This document shows positions 38,705 to 49,800 of a DNA stretch of 64,000 nt, one piece after another. Below the pieces are notes generated by a model. The model saw only the letters and a list, made by a program, of their open reading frames with translations. It had not been told where the DNA came from and made no database searches. This stretch comes from Callorhinchus milii. Its lineage: Eukaryota. The stretch spans positions 18,786,001 to 18,850,000 of the forward strand of contig NW_024704754.1 in assembly GCF_018977255.1 (NCBI RefSeq), in the 5' to 3' direction. The position numbers and the translations under genes are program-made. Within the stretch, counting starts at the first letter, position 1. Every line of letters starts with the position of its first letter.

Positions 38705-40183
38705 TCAGTTTGGCCTCTTCTTCATGGATTCCAAGTAATCCTTCACGGTCTTCTCGATGTTGGGGATGTTGAGGTTCTGGGCGGCGTAGATGCCTGTGCA
38801 GGTGCCGATGGCCACCCCCAGCACGGCCGAGGAACGAAGTTTGGCCACCACGTATCCCGCCAGGAAACCCTTCACGAACGGAGAGGCCAGCACCGTGCCG
38901 CCCTAAAACCACAGCAAAGTCACCGGGTCACAGACACGGGCTGGCAAACACTCACACTCACTGCTGCTTAAACAATGTGCTGCACAATAATGATCATCAT
39001 CATCATCTTTGTATTTGATACGGCGCCTTATCACGTCTTCGACTCAACGCGCTTCACTCAATGTACAGCGAAGTGGAGTGACTGCGTATTTTATGGGCGA
39101 AAAGAGGGAGCCGATTGCGCACCGCAATGTCCCACAAACAGTCGTGGACTGAGTCACCCAATTATTTTTTTGAGGGGTTGTTATCCCCGGAAGGTGATGC
39201 GCCAATCGACTAACAGCCGGGTTCCCAGTTATTGCCAGATCAACATGGGCGGTGTAGTGAGGAAATTTACCTATGGGTTGCGCCCCTCCCCGGGGGAATC
39301 AAACCGCGGGGCGAGGGCTAAGCAGTACGTTACGGGGCGCAGGGGAATGGAGGGTTCATTGTGACTCACGGATGGCAGTCCCGCTTGCACCTCCTCCTCC
39401 ACCCGCCGCTGGATGTCCTCCAGTTGGCCCTTCAGCTGCGCCAAGTCTTTCAGTTTGCCGAGCGAGTCCTGAACAGATAAAGATGGACTGAATATAACCA
39501 CATCAGTGACCCTCAGTCACTCCACTCCACTCCACTCACTCTGTCTGTCTGTCTGTCACCGCCATCCAATTACCATTCAGGTCCCAAACTCTCCCCCTCC
39601 CTCCCTCCCCCCCCCCCAGGGCCCCTCTCTCCCCCTCCCCCAGGGCCCCTCTCCCCCTCCCTCCCTCCCCCCCCCCACCAGGGCCCCTCTCCCCGTCCCC
39701 TCTGCCCCCCCCCCCCCCTCCCCCCCCCCCCCCTCCCTTTCTCCCCCCCCCCCCAGGCCCTCTCCCCCTCCCCCCCACCAGGGCCCCCTCTCCCCCTCCC
39801 CCCCCCCCACCAGGGCCCCTCTCTCCCCCTCCCTCCCTCCCCCCCCCCCCAGGGCCCCTCTCTCCCCCTCCGCCCCCCCCCCACTAGGGCCCCTCTCTCC
39901 CCTCTCTCCCCCCTCCCCAGGGCCCCTCTCCCCCTCCCTCCCTCCCCCCCCCACCAGGGCCCCTCTCCCCGTCCCCTCTGCCACCCCCCTCCCCCCCCCC
40001 CTCCCCCCCCCCCTCCCCTCTCCCCCCCCTCCCTCCTCCCCCCCCCCCCCCAGGCCCTCTCCCCCTCCCTCTCCCCTCCCCCAGGGCCCCTCCCTAGGAC
40101 CCCTCTCCCCTCCCCTCTCCCCCCCCCCCCCCCCCGGGCCCCCCCCCCCCCGCCTCACTGCCGCTGACCTTGTCGTCCGCCAT
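38705..40183 (-). CDS. SLC35A4 upstream-ORF microprotein (SLC35A4-MP / AltSLC35A4), 103 aa
   Basis: Exons 40169-40183 (MADDK), 39370-39468 (DSLGKLKDLAQLKGQLEDIQRRVEEEVQAGLPS) and 38705-38902 (GGTVLASPFVKGFLAGYVVAKLRSSAVLGVAIGTCTGIYAAQNLNIPNIEKTVKDYLESMKKRPN*). GT-AG introns, phase 0. Confidence 0.95.
39590..40152. repeat. C-rich tandem repeat in SLC35A4 intron 1
   Basis: (CCAGGGCCCCTCTCCCCC)n-like. Confidence 0.9.
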
Positions 40184-40262
40184 CTTAACCGCCCGCACAT
40201 GCGCAGCGCGGCCTCTCCCCCCCACACCGCCAGAGGGCGCTCTCACTGACCGCCATCTGTTT
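40176..40262. promoter_or_regulatory. SLC35A4 proximal promoter (probably shared with divergent APBB3)
   Basis: NRF1-like CGCACATGCGCA at 40194-40205, CTCF-like CCGCCAGAGGGCGC at 40227-40240, YY1-like CGCCATCT over the ATG and near 40251. Confidence 0.55.
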
Positions 40263-40388
40263 CCCTTTAAATCAACAACAACAACAACAACGGGTTCTTT
40301 TCTGAGTTTAAAAAAAAGGGCTAAAGTGTTGTGTGAGAGTGTGGGGCTCTGATGTGCAATGCGGTAAACAGACCCCAGAGGATACATT

Positions 40389-40423
<35 letters not shown>

Positions 40424-43400
40424 TCTGGCATTTGATATCGCGTCCGATCGCGTCTCCGCGACGTCTCAAAGCGCTTCGCAGGACACACTGTAAAGCGTAG
40501 TGACTGTGCGTTGTGTGGGTGAAACGCGGCAGCACGTTGCCCCCCCCCCCCCAGGCATCATGTGTGTATATATTTATATAACAACAAATTGCATTCACGC
40601 AATGCCTTTCACGTCGCGAGGACGTCCCAAAGCGCTGCACAGTCAGGGATTTGGATATATATATATATATATGTAGTTACATATATTTTTAAATAAACAA
40701 GTTCTTTTCTAAATAAAATGGGGGTAAAGTGGGGTATGAGGGGAGTGTATATATATATACACACACATGTAGTTACATATATAACCTATGTATCGCTCTC
40801 TGATCCGAACCCGCAGCTCGGCTGCACAACCATCATTGTCCAGCGCCTCGGGACATCCTCCCGATGTGAAAGGCTCTGTGTAAAAGCAAAGTGTTGTTGT
40901 GGGGATGGGGGCGTAAGGTGTGGGGGGAGGGAGTGAGGTTGGGTTGTGGTTGCCGTGAAGCAATCAGAAGAGTGCTATCAGGAATGCTGTGTGTGATCTG
41001 GATTCTGACCAGCAGTGCAGAGTAATGACAGTGTCCGCACATCCACTCAGCTCGGATCAGCTCATTCTTGTTACCGAGACCTTCTGAGTATCAGGAATCC
41101 AGCCTCACACACTCCCCTGATGGTTCTGTTGGCCAGTGTTCAATTGCCCTTTGCCATAGGTAGCACTACAGTAAATTAAACCCAGCTTCAGAACACGCGC
41201 CAAAGTAATAACATCAGATGGCGACAGAATGGATTCTCTTTGAAGATGGATCTTTTACTCCAATATTCAGAATCCCGGCCATTGTCGACAGAGATTTTGC
41301 TGAGCGCAGTCTTCCATTTACTTTAGCTGATCTTTCATTCCCTCTGCGCTTGTGTGAGTGTAAATACTTGGATTCAGTTCTGCTCGCTAAGCCCTGGCTC
41401 CAGTCCAGAGGAGAGCAAAAGATAATAATAATAATAATGATAATCCTTACATTTGACATAGCACTTTATCACATTGTTAAGATGTTTCAAAGTGCTTTCA
41501 GAATATACCGTAGAGTGAAACTCTGGAACTCTATCCCTTTATCCCTCCACCGTGGTCCCTCCTTCCCTACCTTCAGGTTGCACCTGAAGACCTTCCTCTT
41601 CAATCGAGCCTTCGGTCACCTCCCCCTCCCCCCGGCTCGGTTGTGGCTCTGCCACTGCGGAGCTTTGGGACACCACGCTGCCTGAGGGGAACTGTGTACA
41701 TGCAAGTTTTTGTTTTTGTTGTTGAATTGGTGTAGAGTCTTGGATGGATACTGCTCTTCACTGAGTTCCTCATGAGGAATTGATCATTTGAGGTTGGAGT
41801 CGAGCTGACTGTGGATCTCACTGATGTGCAAAGGTGTTCAGTGAGCAGAGAGCATTGCCTGGGAGCAGTGGCTGGGCCCTGTCTCGAGCCAGGTTGCTAT
41901 TGATCGTTCCTGTCTGGAGCCAACGCAAAGTATAGTTACTGACCTTCCCACCATCACAAGATCACATGAGAGGTTTGGGGTGAAGAAGATCCAGCGGCCA
42001 TTCAATCTCACACTCCCAGAATCCCTGCCCGACTGTCCTCCTGTTACAGCATCGAGCTGTTTCCTAACCAAGTCCCAGTGTCCCGGCTGCTATTCTTCCT
42101 GGTAATCCCCAGACATTAATCCCTGAATGTCGGTTCATACAACAACAACAGTTTGCATTTATACAGCGCCCCTCACGTAGGGTAGTGTCCCAGAGTGCTT
42201 GAACACGAACACCCAATGACAGGCAAGTCTAGGGGGCGCGCTCTGTGTGTTCAGAGACGATGGGTGGGGGGGAAGAGTTGGGACCTTCGTGAGGGCACAG
42301 GAACTGACTATGACGTGAAGTTAGTGTGACCTCTGTACCGACTCGGTTGATTTTGATGTAGAATATTTAAGAACATGTGGCCCACCAAAACATCTGGCCC
42401 ATTGTAACTGTCGCAAAGGGAGGTGTGGGGAGGAGGGAGCAGGTAAACAGACAGAGAGAACTTTCCTGTTGCTGGGTTTCAGAGTTAAATAAAGTTGTAT
42501 GTTTGCGGATTTGGATTCCTGGAGAACGCAGGGTGGAATGGTAATAAATATCATAAACATTTTGTCCTCTCGGCTAATTTTATCAGCGGATCGATCAGGG
42601 TTCTATAGATACCGCTGGCGCCCAGGGCAGCCAGAGCCTAGTTTATTGAGAGTGATGAGAGCAGAAAGCTGCTGCTCAGTCGCTGAAGTGCCCTCCGGAG
42701 GGTGTCGTACATCATAATAACAATAATAATCCTTGCATTTGATATTACCCCTTATCACGTCATTGAGATGTCTCGAAGCGCTTCACACGATGTGCTGTAA
42801 AGTACAGGGGCCCTGTAAATTGTGGGTGAAACACGGCAGCCAGTTTGCACACAGCAAAGTCCCACGAACAGTCGTGGATTGAGTGACCAATCTGATTTGG
42901 GGGATTGTCAGCCAGGAGATCGAGAGAGAGAAACTCCCTTCTCGCTTCGAATAGCGCCACAGGATCTAATCCCATTCCCTGCTCTCTCCCCATCGTGTCT
43001 GTGCTGGGGCTCGCTCCCCACTGGAGCTCTCTACTCTTAATCCCACTCCCTACTCCCCTACTCTCTCTCACTGTAAGACCCACTGCAGAGTTATTGTTTC
43101 TGTTGAAACAACATTAATGGCTAATGAATTAATGATGATTTTCAATTCCCAGATTGAAATTAAGGCATTGAGAGATGACATTGATTTACGTTACACAAGG
43201 CGTTTAGTTTACGCGTTTCGTGTTAATCGGTTACACCTCGAACAGAATAGTATAGATCTATTTCCCATCTCCCCGCTCTTCCCCTCTCTTTTTCTTTCTT
43301 CCTCTATCACTCTATTTTGCTTTCTCTCTGTCTCACTCTCTCTGTCTCTCTCCCTTTGTTCCTCGCTTGCTCTTTCTCCCACAGAGTAGAGAGTCAATTC

Positions 43401-43866
43401 ACCTTACAGTATATAGTGTGAAGTGCTTTGAGACGTCTCGAAGACGTGATGAGGCGCTATTCAAATGCAAGGATTATTATCATTATTTCTCTGTCTTGCT
43501 CTCTCTTCGTTACACGCACTCCCTCCCTCTTTCTCTCCCTTTCTCTCTCTCTCTCTCTCTCTGTTTTCTCAGAGCCAAAAATAGCACAAGCCAGAAGATC
43601 GTAAGCCGGCTGTTGCCATGGGGATGGATGTTGAAGGGATGCTGAGGGCAGCTGTTGCCGGGTACCAGCTGATGTGCAGTGAGGAGGCCATTGCAGAGAG
43701 TGACTTTGAGAGCGAGCGTTGCGCGGGAGGGCTGTGTGCAGGTCGGAGCTCTCAGGACAGCCTGCGGAGAAAGAGAGAGAGAGAGAGAGAGAGCAAGAGA
43801 GAAGAGAGAGAAAGAGAGAAGTCCCACATCCTATGGCAACAACACGGAGCTGCTCTGGGACAGGCC

Positions 43867-46800
43867 ATGCTGGGGAAAGACTACATGTTGGCGATTATTA
43901 TTGTCAACTATGATGGTGAGAGTGTTGTTAATCACTTGGCTGTAAACCTCATGCTTGTCTCTCTGCCCAGCTCACAGACACCCCGCTCAGCTTGATCGGT
44001 TAGTCGCAGCTATGTTACCGAAGGCTAAACGTCACATTTGAGCGGGAGCATCGCAGGTTGCACCGGACACTAATGCAGCACAGAGCGAAGGCAAACCGCA
44101 GCTCCCATTCGCAGCATGATTTGTTGTTGCTGTTGTTGTTGTTGTTTCGCTGTGCTAAAGGGAATCTGTGAGTTAATTTCTCCAGCCAGGCTGCAGCAGG
44201 CTGTAGTGAATGTAATGGCAAGCCTGGCTGGGGGCTGTGCGTGTGCGTGTGCGTGTCTCCCTCTCTCTCCCTCTCACCCGCAATCGCTTGTGTTTGTTTT
44301 GACGGGAATTCTCTGATTGTATTGGAGGTGTGAGAGCAGCCAGAGAGAGAGAGGGGGAAAAATACCTGTCAGTGGCAGAGTGTGTGGGAATGAGTTGGGA
44401 GATTACACCCGCCCCCCCCCCACCCATACACACACACACACACACCAAATCGTGTGTGCCAGAGGTATAAATGCAGCAACAATGATTTAAATCTGCACAG
44501 CTCCTTTTATGATGGGAAGATGTTTCAGAGTGGTTTAACAGCTGAGCATGACTGGGGGAGAGTGGGGGGTGGGGGGGGGGAGGGAAAGTGGCTAAAAGCA
44601 CAGTCGAAAAGATAGATATTAATGCTGATTTTGAAGGCGGAGAGGGGGTCGATGACAGTGTTTAATGGGAAGTTCTTGCCTGTTGTTAAGCTTCAATAAC
44701 GTAAACAGCAGCAGTCTGCCGCAGAGCTGCGGTCTAATGCTGAATGGTTTTACTGCTAAAATGGGATTAGAGGTGAGAGCTCCAGTGGGGGCACGAGCAC
44801 CGGCACAGACTGAGTGCCCTCCTCCTGTGATTCTATTAAATCTGAAAGCAGAGAATGAAGCAAAGCACCGAGGACAAAGGTTAATTCCAGTGACGTTGTA
44901 CCCATCCCCGTGGGCTGTGAGCTGAGACCCAGACAGTGTGTGAGGACACAGAGAGAGAGAGAGAGAGAGCTGCTACAGCTCCTGGTGTGTGCTCACTCTG
45001 TAATCCCTGTGTGTGTTCCCGTTTCCCTGAATAAACCACCTCGTGTGATGCCCTCAGGCTGTGTGGGTACCAACGTGCTCGATCCCATTCATAACAAGTG
45101 TTGTCAGTCTAACGGCATAAGGGAATTAGCTGGAAGTATCTGTCTCGAACCCGTGTTGTTACTCAGGAACTGTGCTCTCTAGTAACGCTCATAGTGGAAA
45201 AACCTCAATTGCTCCCCGAGGCCTTGATGTGTATTTGCAGCACTGGCTTAGCCTCGGTGGGTGAATGCATTACTGTCCCGGTGTGAAAATGCAATGTTGC
45301 TTCAGACTACACATGCATTGCTTGCGATTGAAGGGAGTAAACTCAAAACAAATCTGCGCAAAGACTAGTTCAGTGAGCGAGCAGTACATGTGTGGAACAG
45401 GCTGCCTTGGGAGACAGATGGTGGAAGTAGCAAGTGTTCATTCTTTCAAAAGCAGGTTAGTTAGATTTTTTTGGGGGAGGGGGGGATGGGGGGGATTAGT
45501 ATCATGGGATACAGTCTATAGTTTGGGACATTTACATGTGCAAGCGACTGCCAGAACGGTGGAAGGTGAACTGGATGGGCCTTGGTCTTCTTTCATCTGG
45601 TAAATTCTTATGTTCTTATGTGTGAAGATGCATTGCTGTTGGGTCCAGCCAATGTTTCCCACACTTAAGGTCAGAAATTCCTCCCAATTAAGACTGATTT
45701 TGAGGACTGTCTGAAACCCTACACAGTCTAACACTGGCGAAGCAAACGGTGTCAGGGCTAAGAGTGTAATCCCTCAAACATGGCTCCATTCATATCATTA
45801 ACCATCTCCTAATTGATTGCCATTGACCATTGACTGGTTTGTTTACCAGACAACCTGTGGAATGACCAGGCCTTAGAGACGGACCCTCACCTCCCCCCCG
45901 GCTGGCGGACCATCAGGGACACAAGTGGGACGTACTACTGGCACGTGCCAACTGGCACCACCCAATGGCAGCACCCAGGGAGCTCCTCAGAGGACCCCCA
46001 GGACTCAGATAAAATGGTGTGCGCAATGTCTCCATCCCTGGACCCCAAGGTAATGGTTACACACCCCCTCCACACACACACTCCCGATCTTGTCATCTCA
46101 AGGCTATCCTTCTCCAGCACTGACCTCACCAATCTACCGACCTCCAGAGGCTTCAACTCACCCCAAAACTTTATACCTCCCCCCTATCCATCAGTCACCA
46201 CACCATTGGCATCTGTGTCTCTCTCCGAAATCTCTGCCTCATTCCGCACAGACACGCAGATAGTCACTCACACATACTCCTAACAGCATCTGTTTTCCAC
46301 CTGCATTTGGTCAACGTTAAAGACGCAATATCAACCGAAAGGGATTATTATTGTTATTAATATTATTATAATCTCTCAGCTGCTAATTAACCCAGTAATT
46401 ATCACCCTTTGTGTCCCAGGCTGGAGGCCCCGTGGGCAGCCATGTCTGTAGAGAAGGGAAACACAGGAGCTCAATGCCATCCTCTACATCAATAGACCTC
46501 AGGTAAGGACTTGAGCTTCACCTGTTTACAAACCGTTGTCAGCCGCAAACTGGTGGAGAGAGGCCCACGGTGGAGTAAGCTGAGTGGCCCCACGGTGGAG
46601 GACCTCTGGGTGGCCCACGGTGGAATAGCTCTGGGTGGCCCACCGTGGAGGACCTCTGGGTGGCCCACGATGGAAGAGCTCTGGGTGGCCCACTGTGGAG
46701 GACCTCTGGGTGGCCCACTGTGGAGGAGCTCTGAGGAGACCACAGAGGAGCGAGTTCAGAACAGCACATCTCTAGTAATAAGGTTCTGACTATTGCTCCT

Positions 46801-49800
46801 TCACTTACATTCAATTTGACACAAAGCACTGAAGGTGATCCCAATCAATCTGCCCCGAGGCAATGGCATGTGAAGTATTACAGACTAATATTAAATCAGC
46901 CCAAACCACTTCAGGGTAAGTATGTTTAACCCTCACAGTGCTGGAGCCTCGGTGATACAGGGCTCCAATAAAACACTCCTAAAGCCAGAAATTCCACCCA
47001 GTTTTACTCTGTGAGTCCGCTTTCTGTCCATGTCAATTAGTGCAGAACTGTGGAAATCTTGTTGTCCTGAGCTGACTGTGCTGATGTGTTACAGAGAGCC
47101 ATTGCCCTGGCAGCACGGCAGCCCGCACAGCAGCAACCACCCCGACTCCAAGGTGCCGCGTGTGTGTGTGTGCGAGAGACTACCTGTCTGTGACTCTGTG
47201 TGTGTATGTGTTTTTATGTGTGTATCTATGTGTGTGAGTGTTTGTATATATATATCTGNNNNNNNNNNNNNNNNNNNNNNNNNNNNNNNNNNNNNNNNNN
47301 NNNNNNNNNNNNNNNNNNNNNNNNNNNNNNNNNNNNNNNNNNNNNNNNNNNNNNNNNNNNNNNNNNNNNNNNNNNNNNNNNNNNNNNNNNNNNNNNNNNN
47401 NNNNNNNNNNNNNNNNNNNNNNNNNNNNNNNNNNNNNNNNNNNNNNNNNNNNNNNNNNNNNNNNNNNNNNNNNNNNNNNNNNNNNNNNNNNNNNNNNNNN
47501 NNNNNNNNNNNNNNNNNNNNNNNNNNNNNNNNNNNNNNNNNNNNNNNNNNNNNNNNNNNNNNNNNNNNNNNNNNNNNNNNNNNNNNNNNNNNNNNNNNNN
47601 NNNNNNNNNNNNNNNNNNNTATTACTATCTGTGTGTGAGTGAGTGTGTGTGTGAGTGAGTGTGTGTGTGAATGAGTGCGTGTGAGNNNNNNNNNNNNNNN
47701 NNNNNNNNNNNNNNNNNNNNNNNNNNNNNNNNNNNNNNNNNNNNNNNNNNNNNNNNNNNNNNNNNNNNNNNNNNNNNNNNNNNNNNNNNNNNNNNNNNNN
47801 NNNNNNNNNNNNNNNNNNNNNNNNNNNNNNNNNNNNNNNNNNNNNNNNNNNNNNNNNNNNNNNNNNNNNNNNNNNNNNNNNNNNNNATCTGTGTGTGAGT
47901 GAGTGTGTGAGTGAGTGAGTGTGTGTGAGAGTGTATTACTATCTGTGTGTGTGTGAGAGTGAGTGTGTGGGTGTGTGTGAGTGAGNNNNNNNNNNNNNNN
48001 NNNNNNNNNNNNNNNNNNNNNNNNNNNNNNNNNNNNNNNNNNNNNNNNNNNNNNNNNNNNNNNNNNNNNNNNNNNNNNNNNNNNNNNNNNNNNNNNNNNN
48101 NNNNNNNNNNNNNNNNNNNNNNNNNNNNNNNNNNNNNNNNNNNNNNNNNNNNNNNNNNNNNNNNNNNNNNNNNNNNNNNNNNNNNNNNNNNNNNNNNNNN
48201 NNNNNNNNNNNNNNNNNNNNNNNNNNNNNNNNNNNNNNNNNNNNNNNNNNNNNNNNNNNNNNNNNNNNNNNNNNNNNNNNNNNNNNNNNNNNNNNNNNNN
48301 NNNNNNNNNNNNNNNNNNNNNNNNNNNNNNNNNNNNNNNNNNNNNNNNNNNNNNNNNNNNNNNNNNNNNNNNNNNNNNNNNNNNNNNNNNNNNNNNNNNN
48401 NNNNNNNNNNNNNNNNNNNNNNNNNNNNNNNNNNNNNNNNNNNNNNNNNNNNNNNNNNNNNNNNNNNNNNNNNNNNNNNNNNNNNNNNNNNNNNNNNNNN
48501 NNNNNNNNNNNNNNNNNNNNNNNNNNNNNNNNNNNNNNNNNNNNNNNNNNNNNNNNNNNNNNNNNNNNNNNNNNNNNNNNNNNNNNNNNNNNNNNNNNNN
48601 NNNNNNNNNNNNNNNNNNNNNNNNNNNNNNNNNNNNNNNNNNNNNNNNNNNNNNNNNNNNNNNNNNNNNNNNNNNNNNNNNNNNNNNNNNNNNNNNNNNN
48701 NNNNNNNNNNNNNNNNNNNNNNNNNNNNNNNNNNNNNNNNNNNNNNNNNNNNNNNNNNNNNNNNNNNNNNNNNNNNNNNNNNNNNNNNNNNNNNNNNNNN
48801 NNNNNNNNNNNNNNNNNNNNNNNNNNNNNNNNNNNNNNNNNNNNNNNNNNNNNNNNNNNNNNNNNNNNNNNNNNNNNNNNNNNNNNNNNNNNNNNNNNNN
48901 NNTCCCCCCGCAGTGCTTCGCGGTGCGCTCTCTGGGTTGGGTGGAGATACCGGAGGAGGACCTGACCCCCGGGAAGAGCAGCATTGCGGTGAACAACTGC
49001 ATACAACAGCTTTCGTACAGCAAATACCCCAACAGGGACCCCGGGGCCGCCTGGGGAGAGGTACGTCGCAAAGACACACCGGAACCCCCCGATTTCACCC
49101 AAATAAACATCTCCCACACACTCCTCACACAGTGCAATGGGTCGGAAATGAAGCGCAGAGGAGAAACCGCTTCAGGGAAATAACAGGGAGAGGGGGAGAG
49201 GGGGGGGAGACGGGGGAGAGGGGAAGGGGGGAGAGGGGAAGGTGGGGAGGGGGGGGGGGAGGTGGAGAAGGGGGGGAGGGGAAGGTGGAGGGGAGGTGGG
49301 GAAAGGGGGGGGGAAGGTGGGGGGGAGGGGAAGGTGGGGAAAGGGGGGGGGGGGAGAGGGGAAGGTGGGGAAAGGGGAGGAGAGGGGAAGGTGGGGAAAG
49401 GGGGGGAGGGGGGAGAGGGGAAGGTGGGGAGAGGGGAAGGTGGGAAAGGGGGGAGAGGGGGGGGGAAAGGGGGGAGAGGGAAGGTGGGAAAAGGGGGGGA
49501 GAGGGGAAGGTGGGGAAGGGGGGAGAGGGAAGGGGGAAAGGGGGGAGTGAAGGGGGGAGGGGAAGGTGGGGGAGAGAAAGGGGGGAGAGCAGGGGGGAGA
49601 GGGAAGAGGGGGGAGAGGGGAAGGTGGGGAAAGGGAGGGGTAGAGGGGAAGAGGGGGGAGAGGGGAAAGGGGGGGAGAGGGGAAGGGGGGGGGTCAAGGA
49701 AATGGTGGGGGAGATAATGGTCCAAGAGGAGAGGGAGGGTTGGGTGGAGGGGGTTCGTTCGGGAGCGAGTTTCCGAGAGCGGGAGAGGAACGGCTGAAAT

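Noticed and set aside
41218-41685. 155-aa ORF upstream of APBB3
   Set aside because: The second half consists of SINE and L2 sequence and there is no recognisable homology.
47030-49797. Very long ORFs (up to 878 aa)
   Set aside because: Artefacts of N runs. Only the APBB3 exons within them are real.
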